This document shows, one piece after another, positions 1-6,840 of a stretch of DNA of 41,446 nucleotides. The position numbers were made by a program, and so were the translations under genes. The stretch is from a virus. The first letter of the stretch is position 1; every line of letters begins with the position of its first letter. The notes under the pieces were generated by a model. That model worked only from the letters and a program-made list of their open reading frames with translations. It was not told where the DNA came from and did not search any database. The stretch spans positions 1-41,446 of the IMG/VR virus record IMGVR_UViG_3300010403_000015; one strand, 5' to 3'.

Positions 1-123
1 ATCGCGACGGCCACCTGGTCGCGCAGGTACTGCCAGGGAATCGACACGCCGAGATTGGGATTCGCTTTCAGCCAGTGCGGGCCCTCGACTTTCCAATCGT
101 CACAGGCCGCGCAGTCGTCGGAG
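1..123. repeat. Terminal direct repeat, copy 1 (identical to 41324-41446): closure overlap of a circular or circularly permuted genome
   Basis: Base-by-base comparison of the first and last 123 bases shows they are identical. Confidence 0.95.
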
Positions 124-1067
124 GGTTGGCGCTTGCCGGCCGCGCGGCAGGCCTCGCACGGATCGAGGTGACACACGAACGCAAACCACGCCTCGTTGAC
201 GAGCGTGCCCTCGAGGATCTGACAGGAGTAGTCGTAGTACTCGTAACAGACGGACTCGAGCTCGAACCCGGTGTTGGTCGGCAGGAAGATCAGCGCGTTC
301 GCCCGGCCCTTGATCCCCGCGCGGATCTTCTTCACCAGGCCGTCGGTCGGATGTTCGTGGAGCTCCTCGACGACGGCGCCCTGCACGCGCTTGCCGGACT
401 GACTGCGTTTGTCGGCCGAGATCGGGCGGATGAACGACCCCGTCGATTTCACCGCGAGGGTATTGCCCGTGAGGGTGACGAGTTTCTTCAGCGCCGGCGA
501 GGCCGCGACCATCTTCACGCAGTCGGCGAAGGGGATGGCCGCCTGTTCTTTCATCGCGCCGCAACAAAACAACTGGGCGCCACGGACGCCGCGGCGGACC
601 AGCATGAAGATCAGGATGCCGGCGGCGAGCGGCGTCTTCCCGCAGCCTTTGCCGCCCTGAAAAAACGCGATCGTGAACCGCTGCTGCACTCGCCGCGCGC
701 CCGTCGTCGGACTGATGCGCACCCGGAACCACCCGAAGAGACTGCCCACGATGAATTCTTCAAACGGCGAGAGGACGAACGGGGTCCCCGCCTCGGGCAT
801 CACGTCCTCGGCGGCTTCGACGTCTTCATCGGCGTCCGTTTCTTCGGGCAGGCACAAGACATCTGGAAAGAAGTCGCAGGCCTCGGCCGCGTCGTCCACA
901 TGCCACTCCAACCCCTTCGCCTCGGCGTCGCGCAGATCGTTCAGGTGTCGCTGACACGCGAGGCGGACGTACAGGCTCGCGACGATCGTCCGCGCCACGA
1001 CGTCGGTCGCGTACCGCGTCACGGGATCGGCGCAATGCGCGAACTCCACGGGCAGGGGCTTCGTCAT
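1..1067 (-). CDS. terL: Terminase large subunit, N-terminal ATPase part (the ORF leaves the window at base 1 and continues at 41446)
   Basis: ATG 1067-1065 is in an ATGA overlap with the terS stop. It translates MTKPLPVEFAHCADPVTRY..., with Walker A FFQGGKGCGKT encoded near 633-665. The frame is open to base 1, so it has no stop on this side and is absent from the ORF track. It joins 40420-41323 in frame (1971 nt, 656 aa). Confidence 0.9.
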   Translation of the reverse strand, partial: MTKPLPVEFAHCADPVTRYATDVVARTIVASLYVRLACQRHLNDLRDAEAKGLEWHVDDAAEACDFFPDVLCLPEETDADEDVEAAEDVMPEAGTPFVLSPFEEFIVGSLFGWFRVRISPTTGARRVQQRFTIAFFQGGKGCGKTPLAAGILIFMLVRRGVRGAQLFCCGAMKEQAAIPFADCVKMVAASPALKKLVTLTGNTLAVKSTGSFIRPISADKRSQSGKRVQGAVVEELHEHPTDGLVKKIRAGIKGRANALIFLPTNTGFELESVCYEYYDYSCQILEGTLVNEAWFAFVCHLDPCEACRAAGKRQPSDDCAACDDWKVEGPHWLKANPNLGVSIPWQYLRDQVAVA

Positions 1068-1621
1068 CGCGCCTTCGTGAAGCGATCGAGCGGATTGACG
1101 GTCGCGGGCTCGGCCTCGTACATCGGTTTCCCAAACGGTGCGACGTTGAAATCCTTCATCCACGTGGCGACGCGCTGCATCATGCCGCGGTGATTCGCGC
1201 CCGACGCCGTCGCCGTCGAGGCCGATAGCGCGCGCTCGGCCACGACGCCCCGGCAGAGCATCACGAACGCGGCCGTCGTCGCCGGCGTCAGCGTCCGGGC
1301 CTTGAACGCATGCGGCGCGAGCTCGTGCCAGACGGCCAGGGCGAACGCGCGCGCCGTGAGCTCGTCGACGCGCGTTTGCAGGACCGCGATCTGCGGATTC
1401 GGATCGCCGGGCCCTTGGCCGTCCTGGAGAAAATGCAAATCAGCCATGAGGGCCGCGAGCTCCGCCGGCGTGCCGTGGAGCTCCGCCGGCGGGTCGAAGA
1501 TCTCGACCGGCGCGACGGCCGTCGCCTGGTCCGGGCCGGCGCCACTGATCGCGCGCTCGAGCCGGGACCGCGGCTTCTGCCCCGCCCCAGTCCGCCGTCC
1601 GCCGCTGCCGCGTCCGCCCAT
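1064..1621 (-). CDS. terS: Terminase small subunit (P27-like, judged by position and a basic G/R-rich N-terminus)
   Basis: 185 aa from ATG 1621 (the ORF track starts at GTG 1654). N-terminus is MGGRGSGGRRTGAGQKPRS and the rest looks helical. It lies directly upstream of terL and overlaps it (ATGA). Confidence 0.65.
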   Translation of the reverse strand: MGGRGSGGRRTGAGQKPRSRLERAISGAGPDQATAVAPVEIFDPPAELHGTPAELAALMADLHFLQDGQGPGDPNPQIAVLQTRVDELTARAFALAVWHELAPHAFKARTLTPATTAAFVMLCRGVVAERALSASTATASGANHRGMMQRVATWMKDFNVAPFGKPMYEAEPATVNPLDRFTKAR

Positions 1622-1654
1622 TTGCTCAACCCCTGGAATTCGGCCCGCGATCAC

Positions 1655-1918
1655 TTAGCGGCGCGGCCGCGCCCGTAACATTCGGGAGCGAAACCCGCGC
1701 GGTTCGCTGCCACGCGCGCGCGCCAGAACGGCACACCCCACAACTTTTGAAACCGATTTTTTGTGCGCGCGGGAGCAGGGACCGGTTTCCGGCCTCCCAC
1801 CCTGCAGAGAATCGACCCCCCCACCCCCGCGTCATCGTCGGTGCCACGCACTTTCGCCTGTGGCTGAACGGCTTCAACGAGTTAGCGTGATCGGGATCCC
1901 TGTAACTGCACATCGCGT
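1655..1918. other. Non-coding gap between HNH and terS; candidate cos/packaging-recognition region
   Basis: 264 nt with no convincing ORF in an otherwise gap-free operon. It holds G/C runs (cccccccaccccc), an A/T-rich patch (aacttttgaaaccgattttttgtg) and short dyads. Confidence 0.35.
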
Positions 1919-2245
1919 TCATCGCGGGATCACCCGCGTCGTGGGCCGCGTCGGGATCGCGGGCTTCTTGGCCGCCGCGCGCTGCTGCCCGCGCGTGGAC
2001 TCGGCGCGCGTCTTCGCATCCGAGCACTGCTGACAGATCGCTTGACAGTTGCTGTTGTCGTCGACGCCGCCTTCGGCTAACGGGATGATGTGGTCGCGGA
2101 TCGTCGCGGGTACGGTGATCCCCTTGAGCAGACAGAGCACGCACAACGGGCACTGCAGGAACAGCGCGGCGCGCATCCGTTGCAGGCGGCGTCCGCGGAG
2201 GCGCGGCCACGAGGGCCCGTGCGTCAACCACCAGCCGTTGGGCAT
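1919..2245 (-). CDS. HNH endonuclease (terminase-associated type)
   Basis: 108 aa with CPLCVLC ... DHIIPLAEGGVDDNSNCQAICQQCSDAKT (Cys4 plus H-N-H core). TGATG overlap with the upstream gene. It sits beside the terminase genes. Confidence 0.85.
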   Translation of the reverse strand: MPNGWWLTHGPSWPRLRGRRLQRMRAALFLQCPLCVLCLLKGITVPATIRDHIIPLAEGGVDDNSNCQAICQQCSDAKTRAESTRGQQRAAAKKPAIPTRPTTRVIPR

Positions 2246-2493
2246 CAGGCGGCACTCCGTCGCATGCGGACGGCGAGCTGCGCGGTGAGGAGTTCCACGG
2301 TGAGCCGCGCGATCTCGTGATCGAGGCGGGCGTCGAGCCGGCGCAGGCGGGCGTCGAAGGTGTCGAGGTGCGCGACGGCGGGCCGCGACGCATACGCATC
2401 GAGGCGGGCCGCGCCTTCGACACAGCGTTCGAGCGCGAGGATCAGGGTCGAGAGCGTGGCCCAGCGATCGGCGGAGGTGCGCCCGGCGATCAT
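2245..2493 (-). CDS. Hypothetical protein (82 aa, helical, Arg/Leu-rich)
   Basis: ATG 2493 is in an ATGA overlap with the upstream stop, and the stop overlaps the HNH start. No motif recognised. Confidence 0.6.
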   Translation of the reverse strand: MIAGRTSADRWATLSTLILALERCVEGAARLDAYASRPAVAHLDTFDARLRRLDARLDHEIARLTVELLTAQLAVRMRRSAA

Positions 2494-2876
2494 GCCGGCT
2501 CGCCCGTCAACCGGCTGAAGCGCGTGGCGTACTGGCGAATCTGCGCGAGGCGCGGATCCGAGTAGTGGACCGTGGGCGGCAGCGCCTGATAGAGCTCCCT
2601 GATGATCGCCAGGACCGCCGGGGCGTCCAGGGTGGGATCGTCGGGCGCGCGGAGATCCGGTGCGCGCGGCGAAGAAGCTGTGGCGCGCGTGGCGGATTCA
2701 GTTAATACTGACGGGCTCGTTGGGCGACGCGTCGGCGGATTGATCGCCTGCTCGAGCGCGGTCTGGATCTTCTGCAGGCCCGAGAGGCGGGCCGTCTGCG
2801 GATCGAGGGCGAAGCGCGTGAGGAGCGCCGCGGCTTCGTCGAGCGTGAACGTCACGACGAGGCGCGCCTTCCGCAT
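2490..2876 (-). CDS. Hypothetical protein (128 aa); first gene of the HNH/terminase operon
   Basis: ATG 2876 follows a 120-nt divergent intergenic region. No motif recognised. Confidence 0.6.
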   Translation of the reverse strand: MRKARLVVTFTLDEAAALLTRFALDPQTARLSGLQKIQTALEQAINPPTRRPTSPSVLTESATRATASSPRAPDLRAPDDPTLDAPAVLAIIRELYQALPPTVHYSDPRLAQIRQYATRFSRLTGEPA

Positions 2877-2996
2877 CTGGCGGGATCCTGTTCAGTTGTG
2901 CCGGGAACCGAGGCGACGCGATCAGGGACGACCGACGCCGATCCTCAGCCTTGATCGAAGCCGGGGGCAGGTGTTCTAGATGTAGATCCGCGGGGC

Positions 2997-3254
2997 GTGC
3001 GTCCGGCGTACGCTGTCGGTCTGCAGGGGGCTATCTCGCTGACGACAGACAAGTTCGCGTGTCCGCACTGTGGCGCGTGGAAATCGAAGGTCGTCGACTC
3101 CCGCCCCGACACGCAAGGCACCCGCTATCTGCGCTGGCGGCACTGTGAGGCGTGTCACCAGCTCTTCGAAACGGCGGAACAGGCGACCGGCCGCACGGTG
3201 CCGCTCCATGCGGACGCGGCGACGCCAGGGGTCACCGGTCAGACTTCTAACTGA
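2997..3254 (+). CDS. NrdR-like zinc-ribbon protein lacking an ATP-cone (85 aa; start uncertain, GTG 2997)
   Basis: CPHCGAWKSKVVDSRPDTQGTRYLRWRHCEACHQLFETAE matches the NrdR N-terminal pattern CPxC..KV[IV]DSR...R.R.C..C..F.T.E, and the ORF ends about 25 aa later. It is the only + strand gene in the first 11.4 kb. Its 3' end overlaps the convergent gene by 16 nt. Confidence 0.7.
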   Translation: MRPAYAVGLQGAISLTTDKFACPHCGAWKSKVVDSRPDTQGTRYLRWRHCEACHQLFETAEQATGRTVPLHADAATPGVTGQTSN

Positions 3255-3562
3255 TCCGGCGTCGTCGTCCACGCGAGCACCTTCTCGCGCGATCCCCAGG
3301 CATTCGACGGCGCGTGATCCGTCAGAAACCACACGAGCAGCGGGAGCGTCGCCAAGGACCGCGGATCCGCGCGGTGGACGGCCCACTTCAGATCGTTCGC
3401 GAGTACGGCCTGCAGAAACCCGCCCGGTAAGATCCCGTCTGCGACGTAGCGCACGAGCCCGTCCCGCAGATGCTGCGGCACGCCGGACCGCGCCAAGTTG
3501 GCGACGAGATCCGCGACGAGGCGATCGCGCTGGACGTCGGTGATCTGATCCCACATCGTCAT
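3239..3562 (-). CDS. Hypothetical protein (107 aa); last gene of the leftward early operon
   Basis: Internal ATG 3562 is in a TGATG overlap with the upstream stop. Contains a conserved-looking GILPGGFLQAVLANDL ... AWGS segment. Confidence 0.65.
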   Translation of the reverse strand: MTMWDQITDVQRDRLVADLVANLARSGVPQHLRDGLVRYVADGILPGGFLQAVLANDLKWAVHRADPRSLATLPLLVWFLTDHAPSNAWGSREKVLAWTTTPDQLEV

Positions 3563-3897
3563 CAGTTCGGCCGCGCTTTCGTCATCAACGGGCCGTCGAA
3601 GCCCACGACGGCGCCGTGGCGTTTGATGGACTCGACCATCGCTTCCTTGATCAAGGTGTCGGCGCGCTGTTCGGCAAAATAGGATTCGGCCGTCGCGATC
3701 TGCAGTTGCAGCCGGCGCTCGGCCGCGACGATCCACCAGATCACGATCGCGAACCCGCCGCTCGCCGCCGCCAACGGGATCGCGGCGGTGGTGGCGCCCT
3801 GCCGCACCGCCGAGGCGAACAGCGCGAGATCCACGACGACAATGATCGCGTTGACACTCAGCGCGACATACAACGACCAGCGGCGGGCGGTCACCAT
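3562..3897 (-). CDS. Membrane protein, two hydrophobic helices plus a soluble C-terminal tail (111 aa)
   Basis: ATG 3897 (ATGGTGA overlaps the upstream stop). Hydrophobic stretches are WSLYVALSVNAIIVVVDLALFASAV and AIPLAAASGGFAIVIWWIVAA. Confidence 0.6.
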   Translation of the reverse strand: MVTARRWSLYVALSVNAIIVVVDLALFASAVRQGATTAAIPLAAASGGFAIVIWWIVAAERRLQLQIATAESYFAEQRADTLIKEAMVESIKRHGAVVGFDGPLMTKARPN

Positions 3898-4118
3898 ACG
3901 CGGGTCAACCGTGCCTGCCCCTGGTTGGCGACGTAGCATTTCCGCGACGGGTCGTACCGCACGGCCGACGGGTGCGCGCGGGTGAACGCGGCCAAATCCT
4001 TGGAGGCCTGCGGCGTCGAGATCCCGAACTTCCGCTGCAGATGCTCGCGGTTGAGGAACCCGTAGACGTGGAGCATGTCGGCGATCCAGTCGAGTCGGTA
4101 CCGCGCGAACCAGTTCAC
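3891..4118 (-). CDS. Small HTH/winged-helix DNA-binding protein (75 aa)
   Basis: GTG 4118 is in a GTGA overlap. HTH-like segment: LNREHLQRKFGISTPQASKDLAAF. Confidence 0.6.
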   Translation of the reverse strand: MNWFARYRLDWIADMLHVYGFLNREHLQRKFGISTPQASKDLAAFTRAHPSAVRYDPSRKCYVANQGQARLTRVW

Positions 4119-4408
4119 ATCTTCCCGCTGCGCACCAGGCGCTCCGTCGCCGCGTCCAAGCTCCCGGGGTCGGCCGGATCGAAGGCTTCAATCGCGGTCG
4201 CCATCGCGCGCAGGTTCGCCGGGATCACACTGCCCGATGGCGCGAGGATCACGATCGGCTTGTCGAGGTACACCGCGAGCCCCATCTGAATGATCGGAAT
4301 CACCTCGTCGACCATCTTGTCGTTCCACAACAGGCAGAACGTCCGCGCGCCACTCAGGCCTTCGTAGTTGCGGCGCGTCGCCTCGCGGAGCGCCCTGTCG
4401 ATTTTCAC
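4115..4408 (-). CDS. Hypothetical protein (97 aa); weak Rossmann/nucleoside-deoxyribosyltransferase-like motif
   Basis: The GTG 4408 start is supplied by junction repeat copy 1 (GGAGG, 5 nt, GTG). VDEVIPIIQMGLAVYLDKPIVILAP resembles the D/E..G.A...KP.I.L motif, but the assignment is weak. Confidence 0.55.
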   Translation of the reverse strand: MKIDRALREATRRNYEGLSGARTFCLLWNDKMVDEVIPIIQMGLAVYLDKPIVILAPSGSVIPANLRAMATAIEAFDPADPGSLDAATERLVRSGKM

Positions 4409-4441
4409 AGCGCCTCCAGATCCTTCCGCCGAATCCGCCAG
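4405..4441 (-). repeat. Start-associated junction repeat, copy 1 of 3
   Basis: tcacagcgcctccagatccttccgccgaatccgccag is identical to 4961-4997. On the coding strand it ends ...GGAGGCGCTGTGA. Confidence 0.9.
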
Positions 4442-4444
4442 TCG

Positions 4445-4651
4445 TTAGAAGCGACCGCGTCCAAGAGCCGCCCTCCATCGCTTCATCGTTTCGAGTCCGA
4501 GCCGGTACGCATCCTCGGCACTCTCAATCACGATAGTGAAGCGAGCACCAGCGCTGCGCTCACCGCGCTCGACGGCGAACCCGAGTGTCCGTGCCGCGGC
4601 CTTGATCGCGCGCCGCTGCATCACGTCGTCGGTGTCGAAGAGCAGCTTCAC
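4445..4651 (-). CDS. Hypothetical protein (68 aa)
   Basis: GTG 4651 is supplied by junction repeat copy 2 (GGAGG, 5 nt, GTG). The ORF-track ORF 4445-4726 has a low-plausibility N-terminal extension. Confidence 0.55.
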   Translation of the reverse strand: MKLLFDTDDVMQRRAIKAAARTLGFAVERGERSAGARFTIVIESAEDAYRLGLETMKRWRAALGRGRF

Positions 4652-4684
4652 AGCGCCTCCAAATCCTTCCGCCGAATCCGCCCG
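4648..4684 (-). repeat. Start-associated junction repeat, copy 2 of 3 (35/37 identical)
   Basis: tcacagcgcctccaaatccttccgccgaatccgcccg compared by eye with copies 1 and 3. Confidence 0.85.
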
Positions 4685-4734
4685 CAGGAAAACGACGACG
4701 TGTTCGATTCGCGCAAGGCGCAGCACGGGTGCAT
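4648..4734 (-). CDS. Possible 28-codon mini-ORF ending in the junction repeat (MHPCCALRESNTSSFSCGRIRRKDLEAL)
   Basis: ATG 4734 lies 2 nt after the upstream stop. Third-position GC is high, and the stop is in a GTGA overlap with the next start. It is too short to be in the ORF track. Confidence 0.3.
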   Translation of the reverse strand: MHPCCALRESNTSSFSCGRIRRKDLEAL

Positions 4735-4736
4735 CG

Positions 4737-4964
4737 TCAGTCCTCCCGTACTGCGTCGACGGCTGGGGGTGTCACGAGCGCCTGCACCAGCGGCTCCACG
4801 CGATCGGTGCAGTCCGCGCAGAGTTCGCCGAGCGTCTTCCGGTCTTCCTGGTCCGTGTCCTGGTTGCCGGCGAGCGAGCGCGGCGTGAAGATCAGTTCGA
4901 CCTCGTAGAACTTGTCGGGCGTCGTGTCAGACCCGCAGCGGTCGCAGCGGTACGTGATCGTCAC
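4737..4964 (-). CDS. Small zinc-ribbon protein (75 aa)
   Basis: GTG 4964 is in a GTGA overlap inside junction repeat copy 3. Cysteine pairs are CDRCG ... CADC. Confidence 0.6.
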   Translation of the reverse strand: MTITYRCDRCGSDTTPDKFYEVELIFTPRSLAGNQDTDQEDRKTLGELCADCTDRVEPLVQALVTPPAVDAVRED

Positions 4965-4997
4965 AGCGCCTCCAGATCCTTCCGCCGAATCCGCCAG
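4961..4997 (-). repeat. Start-associated junction repeat, copy 3 of 3 (here it also encodes the C-terminus WRIRRKDLEAL)
   Basis: Identical to 4405-4441 over 37 nt. Confidence 0.9.
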
Positions 4998-5476
4998 CCC
5001 CGCGTCCGGACCGCGGGCAACGTCCCGCGCTTGATCTGGACCCGCAGATACCACGTCGACAACCCGGTGTAGGCCGCCGCCTCGTCGAGGGTCAGGAAGA
5101 GCGCCGGGACGGTCGGCCCTGTCGTGGCGGTTGTCGGACCTGTCGGACCGGTCGGGCCGTGCGTGAGCGCCTGCACCACCAGCGCGGCGAGCTGCCGGAT
5201 CGGGTCGTCGGCGACGGTTTGCAACTGGGAGTTTCCGAGTTGCGCGCCGTGCCCATTCCCGTTCCTGGCCGGACCCGTCTCCAAAAGGCCCGTCTGGACC
5301 TCGCCGCGGCCAGCCTGGCGCAAGATCTCGACGTCCGCGGCCCGGTACACCGTCGGAAACCCCGGCCGCTGCTTGGACTGAATGCGCCCGGCGCGCGCGC
5401 GTCGCTCGATCGTGCGTTCATCGACGCCGAGGAGTGCCGCCGCTTCGGTCTTCGTGATCCAGCCCTCTTCCCTCAT
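4961..5476 (-). CDS. Tandem excisionase/MerR-type HTH DNA-binding protein (171 aa)
   Basis: N-terminal ITKTEAAALLGVDERTIERRARAGRIQ and C-terminal LTLDEAAAYTGLSTWYLRVQIKRGTLPAVRTRGWRIRRKDL are joined by a GPTGPTGPT linker. Confidence 0.7.
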   Translation of the reverse strand: MREEGWITKTEAAALLGVDERTIERRARAGRIQSKQRPGFPTVYRAADVEILRQAGRGEVQTGLLETGPARNGNGHGAQLGNSQLQTVADDPIRQLAALVVQALTHGPTGPTGPTTATTGPTVPALFLTLDEAAAYTGLSTWYLRVQIKRGTLPAVRTRGWRIRRKDLEAL

Positions 5477-5567
5477 GGCGCGACAGGGTCCGACACCCCG
5501 ACAGGTCCGACGGTGTCGGGGGTTTCACGTCCCACGAGCTGATCGTGCAATCGGAGCAGCTGGCCCT

Positions 5568-5777
5568 TCACGGCCCGCCCCGCCGCCGGTGGATCCGGCG
5601 CTGCGCATCGTCGGCCGCGAGTTTCCGGATCGCCTCCAGTTCCCGCGCGCGGATCTCATCAGCGGATCGGGCGGCGGCGTCGCGCTGACGGTGTCGACGT
5701 CGCCGCCAGGCGCCCACGATCCACCAGCCGGCGACGGCGCCGAGCAACACCATGACGGCCTCGAGCGCGAGATCCAT
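5568..5777 (-). CDS. Small membrane protein (69 aa): N-terminal TM helix, then an Arg-rich helix
   Basis: Internal ATG 5777 is in a TGATG overlap. Hydrophobic stretch: LALEAVMVLLGAVAGWWIVGAW. Confidence 0.55.
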   Translation of the reverse strand: MDLALEAVMVLLGAVAGWWIVGAWRRRRHRQRDAAARSADEIRARELEAIRKLAADDAQRRIHRRRGGP

Positions 5778-6610
5778 CAGAGACTCGCTGTATCGAGCCA
5801 CCACGCGACGAAGAACGTGACGCCGCGACCGTTGCCTCGTGGATCCCGCAAGCGCCCTACCACGATCGGATCGCGGCCGGTCTGATTCCGGACGGTGCCC
5901 ATCTCGTCGAACACTTTGAGGGCCATCGCGCGGGAGGCGGCCTGGAGAATCGCGGGCTTCACGAGGGCGACGGGAAAGTCCGGCGTGTCGTAATCGCCCG
6001 AGACGTAGAGATTGACGCGCTCCTTCTTGCCGTCCGGTTTCGTCACGTCGTAGCTCTCGTCGCTCGTGAAGAGTTCCTCGTCGACGTAGCGGCCTTCGCC
6101 GGCCGGCAAGAGTTCCGCCCGGGCGGTTTTGTACTCGGGGTTGTAGCTGTACTGCGCCGTCTTCTGCGGTTGCTTCGCGCGCGCCACGCGGACGGCAAAC
6201 ACGTTGATCGGAAAGTTCGGCACGATGAGATACCCGGCCTCGACGGCGGCTTTGATCTTCTCGTAATAGTCCACGCGTTTGGCCGTGCGGTTGAGCGCCG
6301 CGGCGACCGTGGTGTGTTTCCAGCCGTGCTCCGTCGCGAGCTCGAGGTTCGTCTCGAGGTCCGCGAGTTCAGCTTTGACTGTGAGGATCTTCCGCGCGCA
6401 CCAGTCGACGAGGTGCGCTTGCGCGGGCACCATGTCGGCCGGCGTCAACGCGACGAGGGTCAGGTCGTCCGGCTCGCCGGCCCGGCCGCGTCCGTGGTGC
6501 CCGCGAATCCACGTCTTGCCCGGTGACACGGCGCCGCCGCACCCACACGCGCACGTCGTCGAGGCGAGCGCCGTGGCGGCGTCGAGGGGCGTGTCGGGTG
6601 TCTCGTCCAT
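5777..6610 (-). CDS. Hypothetical protein (277 aa)
   Basis: ATG 6610 is preceded by AAGGAGGG. The N-terminus has a CACGCGG...GHHG cluster. No family recognised. Part of the gene is visibly lower in GC. Confidence 0.75.
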   Translation of the reverse strand: MDETPDTPLDAATALASTTCACGCGGAVSPGKTWIRGHHGRGRAGEPDDLTLVALTPADMVPAQAHLVDWCARKILTVKAELADLETNLELATEHGWKHTTVAAALNRTAKRVDYYEKIKAAVEAGYLIVPNFPINVFAVRVARAKQPQKTAQYSYNPEYKTARAELLPAGEGRYVDEELFTSDESYDVTKPDGKKERVNLYVSGDYDTPDFPVALVKPAILQAASRAMALKVFDEMGTVRNQTGRDPIVVGRLRDPRGNGRGVTFFVAWWLDTASL

Positions 6611-6611
6611 C

Positions 6612-6840
6612 TCACTGCCCTCCTTGCGCGGTTGACTCCGGCTTCCACACGTGATGACACCAGGTGCAGAAGAGCGATCCCGGCTGCGTCGCCGAGGCCT
6701 TCGCTTTGCCGATCGTTTTACAGTCAGGACACTGCGCGGAGGTGAGCGCCGCGGCGGCTGCGCGGTTCTTCGGCAGCGATTTTCATCATCAGGCGCTGGC
6801 CGGCGCGGCGGAGCCCGAGCTTCGAATTGATGGTGGTCAT
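6612..6840 (-). CDS. Zn-ribbon protein whose reading frame is interrupted (a +1 shift is needed at AAAA 6780-6783)
   Basis: Frame A starts at ATG 6840 (ATGA overlap with the initiator gene stop), reads MTTINSKLGLRRAGQRLMMK... and stops at 6724. The +1 frame has no start codon but high GC3. It encodes ...AQCPDCKTIGKAKASATQPGSLFCTWCHHVW... up to TGA 6612-6614. Confidence 0.4.

Noticed and set aside
1651-1851. A 66-aa minus-strand ORF inside the HNH-terS gap.
   Set aside because: It has a low-complexity translation, no RBS, and lies in the region better explained as a non-coding packaging site.
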